IMG/VR virus record: IMGVR_UViG_3300026478_000749
Coordinates: 1-64,000 of that record
DNA: 64,000 nucleotides
Source: a virus
Strand: one strand, 5' to 3'
Shown here piece after piece: positions 49,730 to 61,800 of this stretch; positions within the stretch are counted from its first letter, which is position 1; each line of letters opens with the position of its first letter. The translations under genes and the position numbers were made by a program. The notes under the pieces are model-generated. The model saw only the letters and a list, made by a program, of their open reading frames with translations. It had not been told where the DNA came from and searched no databases.

Positions 49730-52700
49730 ATGGTACAAAAGCACAGAATTAACACCACTTTAAACGGGGATAAGAAAGTAACTGTTGAATTAAAACAGGA
49801 TTATGATCTTTTAGAAATTTTATCCTTAAAATTCACACAACAAGACGCTTATACGTCATTATGTGCGGATTATGGTGTTGTTTGCGGTAGAGTAACAGCA
49901 AATAATGGCCTAGGTATACCAAATGCTAGAGTTTCTATTTTAATACCAATATCAGATCAAGACGAACAAGATCCAGTAATTTCCACACTTTACCCATTCA
50001 AACTTAGTAGTGATAAAAATGATGATGGTTATAGATATAACCTTTTACCATCTAGACAGCAACATGCTGGGCATACACCAACAGGTACATTCCCAGACCA
50101 AAATGACATTCTTAGTAGAGAAGAACAATTAGAAGTTTTTGAAAAATATTACAAGTTCACGGCGAAAACGAATTATGCCGGCGACTATATGATTTGGGGG
50201 GTACCTTTAGGCGAACAACAATTACATATAGATGTTGATTTATCAGATATGGGTTGTTTTTCACTTAGACCCTATGATTTTATAAGACAAGGCGAAGATG
50301 CTAATAAATTTGAGAGATTTTTTAAATTCAGATCGGATACCGATTTAGATGGGTTACCACAAATAGTTGCTTTCGATAAAACGATAGATGTTTCTCCTTT
50401 TTGGGGGAATATGGATTTGTGTCAAATAGGGATAACCAGGGCAGACTTTGATTTATCTAACTTAGGGATTAAAGTAGATCCTGTGTCATTAATGCTAGTA
50501 TCAACAGTTACCGATGCAGATAGTGATGCTGTTAAAAGAAGTGGTGTAATCAGAAGAAAAAGTGGTTATAAATGTAATCTACAAACTAGCGATGGAAAAA
50601 TTCAAGGGGTTAGATTTACAGGTAAAAAAGTTATAGGCTCAGACGGCGTAACAATATACCCAGAATTAGAATATTTTAATCCAGGTGTTATTGATGATGA
50701 TGGTACAGCTATGGCTGTTATCCCAATGAATCTTGATTATGTTTATACAAATGAATTTGGTGAACAAGAAACAACCAACGATCCAAATAAAGGGGTGGCC
50801 ACATCTACTGTGGCTAGACTTAAATTAGAATTGAATAACTCTAGCGGGGAAGGATCTTCCAGAGGAACATCAAGCGCAACCTATCTGGTTCCTAATATTA
50901 GAGAGTTTAATAAGTATACTAGCGGTGTTGCTAGTGAATATAGTGAGGCAATCATATCTTCATATGTTTTTTCAGATGTATTTGAAGACTACTTAAATGT
51001 TCCCGTTCCAACTGGTGTAACATTAGAACCGCTAACAAACGCAGAAAGATTACATAAAAAAGAATTAATATTAGGCACGAATAATAACGATATACCTGAA
51101 GACTATTTTTATAAATTTATTTACGGGAAAGTATACACACCTACATCGTTTCAAGGATCTCACTATGAAGTGTCTGCAGCCGAAAATTTACTTGGTTTAA
51201 GTAGAAGGGATGCGTTTTTAGGTATAAAAGAAATTAGACCAAATGCTGAAGATGATTGTGCCGGCACCGCAAATTACATTCCAACAAATTTTGCTTTTAG
51301 AAATAGAACTAAATTTGGTTTATTAATATCACAAGTATTATTATTTCTACAATTCATATTTGCATTAATATTGAATTTTGTTTTTGAATTGTTGGGAAGA
51401 TTTTTCATGAGTGTTGGTAAAGCCCTATATTCAATATACTTTGGTTGGCCTTTTAACTGGAGACCATTTGCAAGAATTGGTGAACAGTTTCAAGATATCG
51501 CACATAAATTACAAGTTAATGGTACACAAACATTGGCAATAACAACATATCCAGATTGTGAAGAATGTACAACAGATGATGAAGCGGCTACTCTAACTAC
51601 AGATCTATCAAACACATATTGTTCTGTTGGAGAAATAAAATTTAAAGTAATTGGTGTTGGTGCCGGAGGCGGTTATATATATCTAATTCCTATAGAATTT
51701 AATACAAGCACAAGTACAAATAGCTCAATAGTTTCTCCAGGAAATAGAGCTAGAGATTATGATCCAACCGATCAATACATGAGTGGTAACACTTTCTCTA
51801 TAACTGGCGCAACAAAAGCAGATACTCGAACAATTTTATCTGGGTTAGATGAACAAACAATAACACCAGCAGATCCTGGCGATACAAATAATGCAAGATT
51901 TATTGCACAAGGTATTTCTATTGTTGACGATAGTATATTACCATATTCTCCAGCAGGAGGAGACACTGTAACAAAATCTATATCATTTAGTGATTTTGAT
52001 TTAAATTTTAGTGCAAATACACAGTTAGGTAATCTAGCACAATTTACAACGGGTACAGCAACTCTTATTACCCAAGCACTATGGAATCAAGTCGGAAACT
52101 ACCCGTCTACTAAACTTAATGAATGGATTAACTATGCTGGTCAAAGTGGATCAACAGCAACTGTTTTATTAATGCCGTTTAACCACGCATCTTGGGCAGA
52201 AATAGCCGGTAGTAACTATGAAACGTATGATGGCCCAGATAGTGGTGATACACCAAATGGTAAAGGTAACTTTGGTGATAGAGGTACATATGTTGTCATT
52301 AGAATTTTTGATAGAAGCAAATTAAAATTTGATCCAACTGGGACTTCTACCACTTTTCAAATTGAAGAAGGTTGTAAAAAATATGATAAAGCATATGATG
52401 AGTCAATTTCTTACAAATATCTTTGGTCTACAGGTAACACTTACGGTAGTTCATATGTACCATTAGAACCTCAAAACGGATATCCGGCTGGATTTTCCGA
52501 ATCTACAACAAGTCCCGGATCAGGTTATTCAATTATGGCCGACATTATTGGTGGAGGTGGTAGATTGCCTAGGTTAAGGGTATGGTCAAAAATAGGAAAT
52601 TCATATTATGACAGAAAAACAAAATCGGGATTATCCGAAATCAGAGATGGCGTTTTTACAGTTATTCCGGTAATAGAAGGAACATCTAAAAACGCAAGCT

Positions 52701-54043
52701 TAATTCAAGAATGGTATAGAAGAAAACGTATTGGTATGTTTTTCTGTGGAGGCGTGGTTAATTATTCTTATATTGAAAACTGGTTACACGGTGTATTATA
52801 CTTTTTTAAATTTGATTATAGAATAAGATGGGACGATAAATCAGTAAGAGATTTAAATCAAAGAGGTAGCAAATATCCGAGAGAGCTAATTTTCTTTAAT
52901 GTTTTAGACGGTAAATTTTATTATAGAAGCACCCCATACAACCCAACATCTAAAACATTTATTGGTCAATCATATTCCGGATACAAAGAATTATTACATC
53001 CAACAACCTTTTATGATGTTGGTGTTAGAGATGAATTTTTTGATGAGATCTGTTTTGACCCAGCAGTAGACCCAACATGTTCTGTAATTAGAGATTTGAC
53101 AGTATCAAGTTATCAAGATCCAGCTAATATAATTGAACATGTTATTAACTATAGAATGGATGTTTCGGCTGCAAGAACTAATATTAATGATTTCTTCACA
53201 AATTCTGGATATACATTTAATGGAAGTGTAATGGATGGTGATGTACTTCAGCTAATCTCAATAAATTGCGAGGCAGGTATTGAAGCTTTTGATTTAGATA
53301 GCCCACATTATTTTATGTTTAATGGTGAGTTCTTAGATCCTGAAGACACAACATTTATGTCATATTTTAAAAATGGTTCTTCATGGGGGCCAACACCAAT
53401 TGATTTTAAATTAGATGTCAATGGTAGCTTTGTTAGGTATTGTTTAAATAATAGACTAGGCGACTTTACACAAAAAGTACCTTTTTATTTGTGGGATAAA
53501 AAAGCCAATGGCTTTGGATTAGATGATGATCAATTTTGGGATAGAACCGCAATAGGTGTACAAAAATTACAAAGAATGATTTCGGTATCTGGTGCAACTA
53601 ACACAACAACAAATTATTTAATGGCAGATGGGGAAGAAGAATATTTAATTAAACCAATGACAAAAACACACAACACGTTCTCATTTGTTGGTAACTATCC
53701 AGATTCTTTAGAAAGATTTGAGGCAATAAGATTAACAACACCAACAAGTGCAACAGAATTTGTTGAAGGTGACCTTTGGTTACATGTTTTAACTGGCACA
53801 CAAAAAAATCCATTAACAGGTAACATTTATGTTGTTGTAAACGGGGCTTGGTCTTCTCCAATACCGTATGTTAAAGATAACAATGAAACGTTCATTTATC
53901 AAACAGCATTAAACTATTCTGGAAACAAACAAGTACTCTCAACACCATTCCAATTCTATTTCGGATTAAGACCTGGGAGCACGGCTTATGATAAATTTAT
54001 AAAATATTATGGACCAAAAGGTGCATTCCCGTCAACTGAATAA
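49730..54043 (+). CDS. large baseplate-associated structural protein
   Basis: Follows gp6-like gene; N-terminal prealbumin-like GVVCGRVTANNGLGIPNARVSI; internal hydrophobic segment. Confidence 0.6.
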   Translation: MVQKHRINTTLNGDKKVTVELKQDYDLLEILSLKFTQQDAYTSLCADYGVVCGRVTANNGLGIPNARVSILIPISDQDEQDPVISTLYPFKLSSDKNDDGYRYNLLPSRQQHAGHTPTGTFPDQNDILSREEQLEVFEKYYKFTAKTNYAGDYMIWGVPLGEQQLHIDVDLSDMGCFSLRPYDFIRQGEDANKFERFFKFRSDTDLDGLPQIVAFDKTIDVSPFWGNMDLCQIGITRADFDLSNLGIKVDPVSLMLVSTVTDADSDAVKRSGVIRRKSGYKCNLQTSDGKIQGVRFTGKKVIGSDGVTIYPELEYFNPGVIDDDGTAMAVIPMNLDYVYTNEFGEQETTNDPNKGVATSTVARLKLELNNSSGEGSSRGTSSATYLVPNIREFNKYTSGVASEYSEAIISSYVFSDVFEDYLNVPVPTGVTLEPLTNAERLHKKELILGTNNNDIPEDYFYKFIYGKVYTPTSFQGSHYEVSAAENLLGLSRRDAFLGIKEIRPNAEDDCAGTANYIPTNFAFRNRTKFGLLISQVLLFLQFIFALILNFVFELLGRFFMSVGKALYSIYFGWPFNWRPFARIGEQFQDIAHKLQVNGTQTLAITTYPDCEECTTDDEAATLTTDLSNTYCSVGEIKFKVIGVGAGGGYIYLIPIEFNTSTSTNSSIVSPGNRARDYDPTDQYMSGNTFSITGATKADTRTILSGLDEQTITPADPGDTNNARFIAQGISIVDDSILPYSPAGGDTVTKSISFSDFDLNFSANTQLGNLAQFTTGTATLITQALWNQVGNYPSTKLNEWINYAGQSGSTATVLLMPFNHASWAEIAGSNYETYDGPDSGDTPNGKGNFGDRGTYVVIRIFDRSKLKFDPTGTSTTFQIEEGCKKYDKAYDESISYKYLWSTGNTYGSSYVPLEPQNGYPAGFSESTTSPGSGYSIMADIIGGGGRLPRLRVWSKIGNSYYDRKTKSGLSEIRDGVFTVIPVIEGTSKNASLIQEWYRRKRIGMFFCGGVVNYSYIENWLHGVLYFFKFDYRIRWDDKSVRDLNQRGSKYPRELIFFNVLDGKFYYRSTPYNPTSKTFIGQSYSGYKELLHPTTFYDVGVRDEFFDEICFDPAVDPTCSVIRDLTVSSYQDPANIIEHVINYRMDVSAARTNINDFFTNSGYTFNGSVMDGDVLQLISINCEAGIEAFDLDSPHYFMFNGEFLDPEDTTFMSYFKNGSSWGPTPIDFKLDVNGSFVRYCLNNRLGDFTQKVPFYLWDKKANGFGLDDDQFWDRTAIGVQKLQRMISVSGATNTTTNYLMADGEEEYLIKPMTKTHNTFSFVGNYPDSLERFEAIRLTTPTSATEFVEGDLWLHVLTGTQKNPLTGNIYVVVNGAWSSPIPYVKDNNETFIYQTALNYSGNKQVLSTPFQFYFGLRPGSTAYDKFIKYYGPKGAFPSTE

Positions 54044-55809
54044 TGGAAAAGAAAACAATCATATTACCAGAGTTAAGGTATCATAAAGCCCCGGCCCTTG
54101 ATCTATCAACAAGAATTGGTTTAGAAACAAGTGAAGAATTGCTAAGGGAAGGAGATCGTTCAATTGTTCTAGATCTTGAAGAACACTTTAGCTACGAAAG
54201 AGCACAAAGTAACAAATACAAGATATATGGTAAGCTTAGAATGATATTCAGAAACATGTATGAAGGCGATAGCAATTACCAAAACTTGACTGAATACCTT
54301 TACTTAACTGGCGCAGGTGATATTGGAGACAATACTGGTTACATACCGTATGATGAATTCGCATTTATAAGAAGAGACACGTATAGACAAGACATTAGTG
54401 TCCCTTCAGTTAGTGGTACAACATATGGCACATACACACCAACTTTTTCATTACCAACAAAACCAAGAAACAAGCATCAAAATATATCAAATATGGACGC
54501 CCCATATCATAACTGGAATCTTTATACAAGTTATGTGTATAGCGGCGATACCAATTATCCAATGAAATATACACTCAGCGGAGCGACCAAAGTGGAGGGT
54601 ACAAATATTATTACATTTACTAGCGGTAAAGGAATACCATGTAGAGTAGAAACAACAGCAACAAATTACAAACTAACAACACCAGTTCCACATGGAATAG
54701 GTGAAGATGAGTTTGTTATAATATCTTCGGTTTCAGCTATTAGTGGAAAAACATATTCTGTTTCAAGTCTTGGTGATGACAAATATAATTCATCAAAATA
54801 TGTAATAAATCTAAATAGACAACAATTTAGTGGTGTAACCCTACCAACATTAATCACAATTAAAAGATGTATTAATGATAAAAATATATCAGGAACAACA
54901 TCAACATATTACGTACATAAACATAAAACATTAACCCCATATACCGATTATATTTTAGATAAAGCCGGATTTGAGGTACCAATATTTGAGGAAGAAAAAA
55001 AGATTTTATTTGAAGATAGTGTTGGTAATAATGATGTGTTGGTTGAAAGAAACAGACCAGAATCATTGTTATACGACTTTAGAAATAGTTTTATTTTAAC
55101 TGGTTTAACAAATAATCTTGGTTACACACCAACAGAAGTTTATGTAACTGTTTTATTTAAAAACGGATCTGGGTATTTCGAATATCCGCCAAAGGTTGGT
55201 TATAGATTTCATTTACATGACGGTTGGATAGATAATCATTTTAGTGGTACTACAGCTCAAGAAACCGCACTTAGTGGTACATCTGTTACTATTAGCGGGA
55301 TAACATTTACATCTGGTAGCACAATACCAACTGGAACAATTTTAACTGGTGCATTTGTCGAATACAATCCTTATGAATTAAAAGAAAGAATCATATCTGA
55401 AGCACTTCATAAAATTGTTCACCCAACAACAATTTTTGACCACAATCAAGACCATGATGTTGTAGGTTTTAGCGGTGCAACAGCTAATAATAAATCAGGC
55501 TTATTATATCAGCCACATTATCGAGTAAAATTAAGACAGCTTTCACCATATGTTGAAACATTTAATACCAATAATATAATAGATCTTCCAGATAATGCAA
55601 GATATTTTCCAGATGAAAAATTGTGGAAGTGGAGAGATTTATATGATCATGGTTTTGTTGATGACGAAGGTAACGGGACTGATTTCCCATTTGTAAATGG
55701 TCAACATTATGTTAAAACAGATTTTAATTTTTATTTCATAAACGAAAAAGAATTTAATAATAAATCAGATGGATTTAAAGGATTTGGAAATACAAACATA
55801 AATTGTTAA
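54043..55809 (+). CDS. putative structural protein
   Basis: Coupled (TAATG) in the baseplate operon; 11 [ST]GxT motifs. Confidence 0.6.
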   Translation: MEKKTIILPELRYHKAPALDLSTRIGLETSEELLREGDRSIVLDLEEHFSYERAQSNKYKIYGKLRMIFRNMYEGDSNYQNLTEYLYLTGAGDIGDNTGYIPYDEFAFIRRDTYRQDISVPSVSGTTYGTYTPTFSLPTKPRNKHQNISNMDAPYHNWNLYTSYVYSGDTNYPMKYTLSGATKVEGTNIITFTSGKGIPCRVETTATNYKLTTPVPHGIGEDEFVIISSVSAISGKTYSVSSLGDDKYNSSKYVINLNRQQFSGVTLPTLITIKRCINDKNISGTTSTYYVHKHKTLTPYTDYILDKAGFEVPIFEEEKKILFEDSVGNNDVLVERNRPESLLYDFRNSFILTGLTNNLGYTPTEVYVTVLFKNGSGYFEYPPKVGYRFHLHDGWIDNHFSGTTAQETALSGTSVTISGITFTSGSTIPTGTILTGAFVEYNPYELKERIISEALHKIVHPTTIFDHNQDHDVVGFSGATANNKSGLLYQPHYRVKLRQLSPYVETFNTNNIIDLPDNARYFPDEKLWKWRDLYDHGFVDDEGNGTDFPFVNGQHYVKTDFNFYFINEKEFNNKSDGFKGFGNTNINC

Positions 55810-55810
55810 A

Positions 55811-56644
55811 ATGAATATATTATATAATAGAGATAGTAAATCGTTGGTTTTTAATCCGGAAACAGATTTTAGAACAAATGCTGGATGGGAAAAAAATTTC
55901 CTAGATTACCAGGAAGAAGTTCTAAGGTCAATTATCAATCCGGTTGAAAATTATGAAACGGTTAGATATATTCATGAACCATATGATGTAACAATATCTG
56001 GGGTAACAACTAAGCAGTGTGATATTTGGTATCAATTTTATTTTTTAAACAACCAGAACCCTAGAGATTATGACAATGGCTTTGATTACGATTTGATCGG
56101 TATAAGCCCAAAAGAAAATGCCAAATTGTTAAAGCACACCGTTAATAGTTTCTTTAGGTTAGAATTTTATACAACAAGGGAAAGAGAAACACAAAAACTT
56201 GTTTTTGCTAAAAATTTATCAATACCTCTTGGCCAAAAAGTTTTTGACCTAAACTTAAGAGAAGACATTTTTGTGCCGGTATTTAATGGTAACAACTATA
56301 GAAATACTGAAAACATGTATTTGTTTTGGTTTGGTGACGATAGTGTGTTTAGTGGACTAACCTTTTATATGACAGCTAGATTCTTTAACGCTGAAGACGG
56401 TACTATTACAAGATTCTTAAATAAAGATTTAACTGTAAATAATTCTGGTTTAGTTAATGGTGAAAGAGTGGGAACAACCGCTAATCCTGTTAAGTTTTAT
56501 GAGATGAACTATAGCAATACCGTGGACGAGGTTAATGATGTTTATTATCAAGTAAGATTTAAAAGATCAGATCATAGCTACAAAATAACAAGAGGAATTA
56601 CAAGTGATTGTGATTTTGGTAGTGGCACCGCAACTAAATTATAA
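55811..56644 (+). CDS. putative structural protein
   Basis: 277-aa ORF in the baseplate operon. Confidence 0.6.
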   Translation: MNILYNRDSKSLVFNPETDFRTNAGWEKNFLDYQEEVLRSIINPVENYETVRYIHEPYDVTISGVTTKQCDIWYQFYFLNNQNPRDYDNGFDYDLIGISPKENAKLLKHTVNSFFRLEFYTTRERETQKLVFAKNLSIPLGQKVFDLNLREDIFVPVFNGNNYRNTENMYLFWFGDDSVFSGLTFYMTARFFNAEDGTITRFLNKDLTVNNSGLVNGERVGTTANPVKFYEMNYSNTVDEVNDVYYQVRFKRSDHSYKITRGITSDCDFGSGTATKL

Positions 56645-56646
56645 AA

Positions 56647-57909
56647 ATGAAAAAATATAAGTACGAAATATTGCAAAAAAATATATTATCAGTTGTTTTA
56701 TATAACGCTGGGCAGTATTGGTATGATAACCATCTACAGTTAATACCCTGGTCAGCAACAACAGCTCCAACTAGCGGAACAACAGTTATGGATGTTAAAT
56801 GGTATAGTGACATTACTTATACTGCTGGTGATACCATTTATTACAATGGTAAAATTTACAAATCTTTAGTTGCATCAAATTTAAATAAAATACCATCAAC
56901 ACAAACATCTTTTTGGGTTGAACAACCTGAAGCACTAACCTGGACTGATAAAGGATATTATTACAGGTGGAATGGAACGTCTTGGGTTAATATTGGAAAA
57001 AATAAATCGGCAGCATATCCAGATTATAAATTACCAATACTTTTAAATGCAAAAGTGGATGAATTAGGTATTATGGTTGGATTTGATGGTGAAATCGATC
57101 AAGTAGAACAACTTTGTAATTTCACATATAAAGCGTCTGGTAATACTATAACTGTATATAATACAACAAATACAAATACATTAAAAAGAGTAGTTGACGC
57201 GACATTTCAAATTAATTGGGGGGATTTAACAACTTCCCCAATATCAATTTTAGGTAACGCAACTAAAACATATACAACCTCCGGAAATAAAACTATTTCA
57301 ATTACAATGAATAGTCCGTGGAAAGTTCAGACTTTATCAAGAACAATAAAGTTACCACTAGTAATTGGTGACCCAACTAGTTTAGGTACCCTAGCATTCA
57401 CATTCCCATATACAGATTATGGGGTAGCTGCTTCCGGATCAACACAAACACGATCATCAACAAGTTTAACTTTTGTTGCTGTTGGTAAAAGTAGAATCAT
57501 AGAAAAAAAATTATATGGTCAAACATCGTATACCGGGGTGACATCCACATCATTACCTGGTACAACTTTAAGTTGCTCAAAATATACGGTTGATGGTTTG
57601 GATTATTATGATTGCTCAGACGGTGTTACATATGTTACAGGAAAAGTACCAAATCATATTATAAATGGTACTTCTGGGTTTACAAACGGGAATACCACAG
57701 ATTTTGCAACAGAATATGTGGTAAATAAAATGTTAACCAGAAACGAGCATTTTCTAGGTTTTGTTTCTGATCCATCCGTTTATTCTGACATATTTGTTGA
57801 AAGAGGTAAGATGGGTGTATCTGAATTTAATTTAAGATTAGGAGAAATTGACAATATTGGCGAATTAGACATATATGGAAATGGATTTTTCGTTGTGAAA
57901 AAACAATAA
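56647..57909 (+). CDS. structural protein with CBM5/12-like and PKD-like modules
   Basis: WYSDITYTAGDTIYYNGKIYKSL...P....FW (CBM5/12-like); INWGD...KTYTTSG..TISIT (PKD-like). Confidence 0.65.
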   Translation: MKKYKYEILQKNILSVVLYNAGQYWYDNHLQLIPWSATTAPTSGTTVMDVKWYSDITYTAGDTIYYNGKIYKSLVASNLNKIPSTQTSFWVEQPEALTWTDKGYYYRWNGTSWVNIGKNKSAAYPDYKLPILLNAKVDELGIMVGFDGEIDQVEQLCNFTYKASGNTITVYNTTNTNTLKRVVDATFQINWGDLTTSPISILGNATKTYTTSGNKTISITMNSPWKVQTLSRTIKLPLVIGDPTSLGTLAFTFPYTDYGVAASGSTQTRSSTSLTFVAVGKSRIIEKKLYGQTSYTGVTSTSLPGTTLSCSKYTVDGLDYYDCSDGVTYVTGKVPNHIINGTSGFTNGNTTDFATEYVVNKMLTRNEHFLGFVSDPSVYSDIFVERGKMGVSEFNLRLGEIDNIGELDIYGNGFFVVKKQ

Positions 57910-57933
57910 AATTATATTTATTAATAAAATGCT

Positions 57934-58851
57934 ATGGCAGTAGGAAGTTACGGAACAATAAGACCAGCGGATGTATCACCAGAAGATGTAGAAATACTAC
58001 TTCACTATGCTGCGGATAGGGGTGCAACTACCGATTCAACATTAACAAAGTTGGACTCGGCAGCTATCTTATCACCATTATATCATAATGCAAATACAAC
58101 TGACGACACAAATGCTCCAAATGTGGAGGTTTTGGGTGGTATGTACACATTAAGATTAGAAAGTACCACATTCTCTGAGTTAGGAATTTACACACTTCAC
58201 GTAAGACCAAAACAAATAAGAACACAAATAACAGATTGTGGTGTTTTAGCATCATTATCTTCAGTTAGGGGTATTGTAGTCGATCTTGGAAATGTTGACC
58301 AAGAGGATAGATCTAAATTCACCCCACAGGGCTTAGTTGGTTACAGAGTTGAGTATATAAGTGTTAGTGACAACAAAAAGGTCCCAAATTTTTATAAAAT
58401 TGTGACTTCGTCATTTTATTGTGAACCGGTAACAACAAATCTAACTAACACCACACAAAAATCAGTTAGATACAGATATTCAGATTCACCAACAAACTTG
58501 GTGTTTTTGACTGTTACCCCATCCTCTGCTCCTAGTAACAAACCAAACACTGTTCCATTTATTGGTCAACCACTACAAAAAATTATATTAACAAACAGCT
58601 ATTTTAATCCAACTACGATTGAGGTAGAAATGGTTGAACATGACGCATCTACGCTTGCACTTGCTCTTTATGGTAATCAAAGTAAGGCGGTATCTTCAGG
58701 TATCTACACGATTTATGATGGCTCAAATAACATTTATAAACAGTTTAACCTATACGAAGTTAAAGACGAATTTAATGAGACATTATATGAGATTCGTGAG
58801 GGAAGGACTGATATAGACCAAACGTTAAACTTTGACGATATTACTGATTAA
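57934..58851 (+). CDS. putative structural protein
   Basis: 305 aa, beta-rich, TATTTAT upstream. Confidence 0.6.
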   Translation: MAVGSYGTIRPADVSPEDVEILLHYAADRGATTDSTLTKLDSAAILSPLYHNANTTDDTNAPNVEVLGGMYTLRLESTTFSELGIYTLHVRPKQIRTQITDCGVLASLSSVRGIVVDLGNVDQEDRSKFTPQGLVGYRVEYISVSDNKKVPNFYKIVTSSFYCEPVTTNLTNTTQKSVRYRYSDSPTNLVFLTVTPSSAPSNKPNTVPFIGQPLQKIILTNSYFNPTTIEVEMVEHDASTLALALYGNQSKAVSSGIYTIYDGSNNIYKQFNLYEVKDEFNETLYEIREGRTDIDQTLNFDDITD

Positions 58852-58853
58852 TA

Positions 58854-61800
58854 ATGGCAAAAAGAAAAGTTCCGAGTCAGGCGGCTAGTGGTTTTGAAAC
58901 GTTTAGCGATAGTCTCGTTGGTAGACAAATTACCGACGGTACTAGTCAATTGACTAATACGAACTTCGCTCTTGATACAATTGTCCCAGAGAAAGACTCA
59001 AAAAAATTCCAAACTGCGCCATTTTCAGATTTTATTACATTAGAAAATCTTAAGGTTGAGGAAGATGTTCCAACAACGGTTGTACAATCTGATGGTAAAA
59101 AGAGACCAGTAAGATTTAATACAAATAAAAGGGACGCATCTAAATCTCTTTTTGGTTCATTAAGAGAAAGAATTAGAGTCTCTATTGCTAGAATTGCTAA
59201 AAATTTTCCTGGTGCTATTTTTGTTGATAAAGATGCTTTAGCATCAATCACCAGCTACACTGCTGAAAATATATCATATAACCCAACAACTAACACAACA
59301 ACATTTAAAATTCAAGTTGGTAGATTTTTCAATCCTTTTGATATTGTATTAAAAGAGCCAACAGCAAGTCAATTAATTGAAGTTGAAAACAAAATAAGAA
59401 ATTTATTCTCTTCATATACAAAATATTGTATTGTAGTTGAGAATAAAACATATGCTATAACAAGCTATGTACAACCAGATCAGTTTAACCAAATATCACT
59501 TGTTGTTGATGGTAAACCGTTTACCGGGACAACATATTCAGATAGTTTTATTTTAAGACCCAATGATAGTGTTGTTGAAGAATTTTACTTAGGACTAGAC
59601 GATTTAGAGCAAACATTATTAAATAGAGATACCTATCCAATATATCAAGCTGGATTTACGGTTCCTAGAACTAGTTTAGATGAAACAAAAACAGAACTAA
59701 TTTCTATATTAGTTAACTGGCCAACATCAAAAGACGGATATAATATTCAAATTACCGGTCTTAAGTTTGAAGAGTACATAACACGTCTAAGTGATTTAGC
59801 AACTGAAATTGATAACTATAAATCTAACTTAGTTACAAGATTCCTTGTTGCCCCACAATTATTTGAATTTGATACTGAAGACCAAAAAATTGATAAGATA
59901 TTTCAATTATATGGTCAGAGTTTTGATAAGGTAAAATCTTATATTGATAATATTGCGAACATGAGAAATGTTTCTTATGACGCAATCGATAATATTCCAG
60001 ATGTTTTTCTTAAAAATTTAGCAAATACACTTGGTCTTAATACCATCAATTTATTTGATCAAAAAAGTTTAGAAGAACAAATATATAAAGCATCTTCTAC
60101 TGTTTACAATGGACAAGCTATTGGTAAAAATCTAGTAGAAGCTGAACTTGAATTTTACAGAAGATTATTAGTTAATCTAGCATTTATATACAAATCAAAA
60201 GGTACTAGAAGTAGTATTGAATTTTTCTTAAAGTTTATCGGTGCACCAGATCCAATGGTGAAAATAGACGAATATGTTTATAAAGTAACTAGCGCTTTAC
60301 CACCATCTACTTTAGATGATTTAAATAACACATTAAATAATATTAATGTTAGCAACAATGTAACATTTAATAGCGAAACATATACATATACCGTTTCTTC
60401 TTTAACAGGGTTAACAACAAATAGTCAATTAACGGATTATCCTATTGATGAAACAACGTTACTACCTAAAGCCCCAACAACAAACCAAGAAAATGTTTTC
60501 TTCCAAATGGGTTCAGGTTGGTCAAGCGTTACTTTAGATCACAGATCTTCAGATATTCTTGATACAGAAAATTCAGTATTATCAGGGAGAACTAAAACTT
60601 TACTAACAACATCGAAACCATATTCATATGGTGAAGAGTTTTTTGACAACTATAGAACATTACCTGGTTTGGATTATGGTTTTACAATACAAAGTGAAAT
60701 TGATAACCAGCAGGGGCAAATTTTAGAAGACGAAGCTCTTTCAAATTTAATTCTTAATAGAAAAAACATAAACGTTTTTGTATCTGCAGCAAATGCTGTT
60801 AATTATGATATTTGGAGAAAGTCTAGAGAACTTGAAGTGACTTTTGGAACAAATAGTTTACCACCACAAACAGGTGTAACTTTTGCGCAATACTTAGAAA
60901 ATATTTTCTCAAGTCAAATAACTAATTCGAATATAATAAGATATAAGAAAAATTATATCGCTTTAGAGGATGTTTATCAGGATTACATAAATCAATTAGT
61001 AGCGTCTGGATATACAACTTATGATATGATATCAACATCTGATTTTGTTAATCAGATGAGTCCATATTGGTCAAATGTTTTAGAACAAATTATACCATCA
61101 ACAACATTATGGATGGGGGGTAATTTAATTGAAAACAATGTTTTTGGTAGACCTAAGTTTTCATATAGAAAACCATGTAAGCCGTTAGAGATTGTAGAAA
61201 ATTTATATCCAGAATTTGAAACAGTAATTGAAGAAGATCTTGAAACAATAATTGGAGACCCAGATAACTTAAGAGGTTTAATTGAATTTAGTGGTGTAAC
61301 ATTTACTTTACATATTGATATTGATGGAACTGATTATAGTGGGACAACACAGGTAGTTTTAACCGGTAGCACACTATTCGGTACCGGCTTTACCGCAGTA
61401 GAAAACTGTAGTGTACTTACTTCTTCATCATCTAAAATACCACTTATTTGTGAATATAAAAATTGGATCAATTTAAATTTAACAACAATAAAGGCTGCTT
61501 GGAAAAACGCAATAGCCGCGCTTGTTAATCAGATTAATCAAACAGAAACACAATACAGCGCATTTAATACTCCTTCATATGTTCCTGGAAATGCTGTATT
61601 ATCGGGAAAAACACAATTAATATCTTATGAATTTTTCACAGATAATAATGGTGTTGAAAAAGTTAAATTTATTGCACACACAAACTCTTCCGGAGAATGT
61701 TTAGTAAAAGATAATTTAGATTTTTATTTTGATGTTGATTACAAATATACTGAACCTAAATGTCATTTAGATTTATCATTTGATGCGTCTTGTGATGTTT

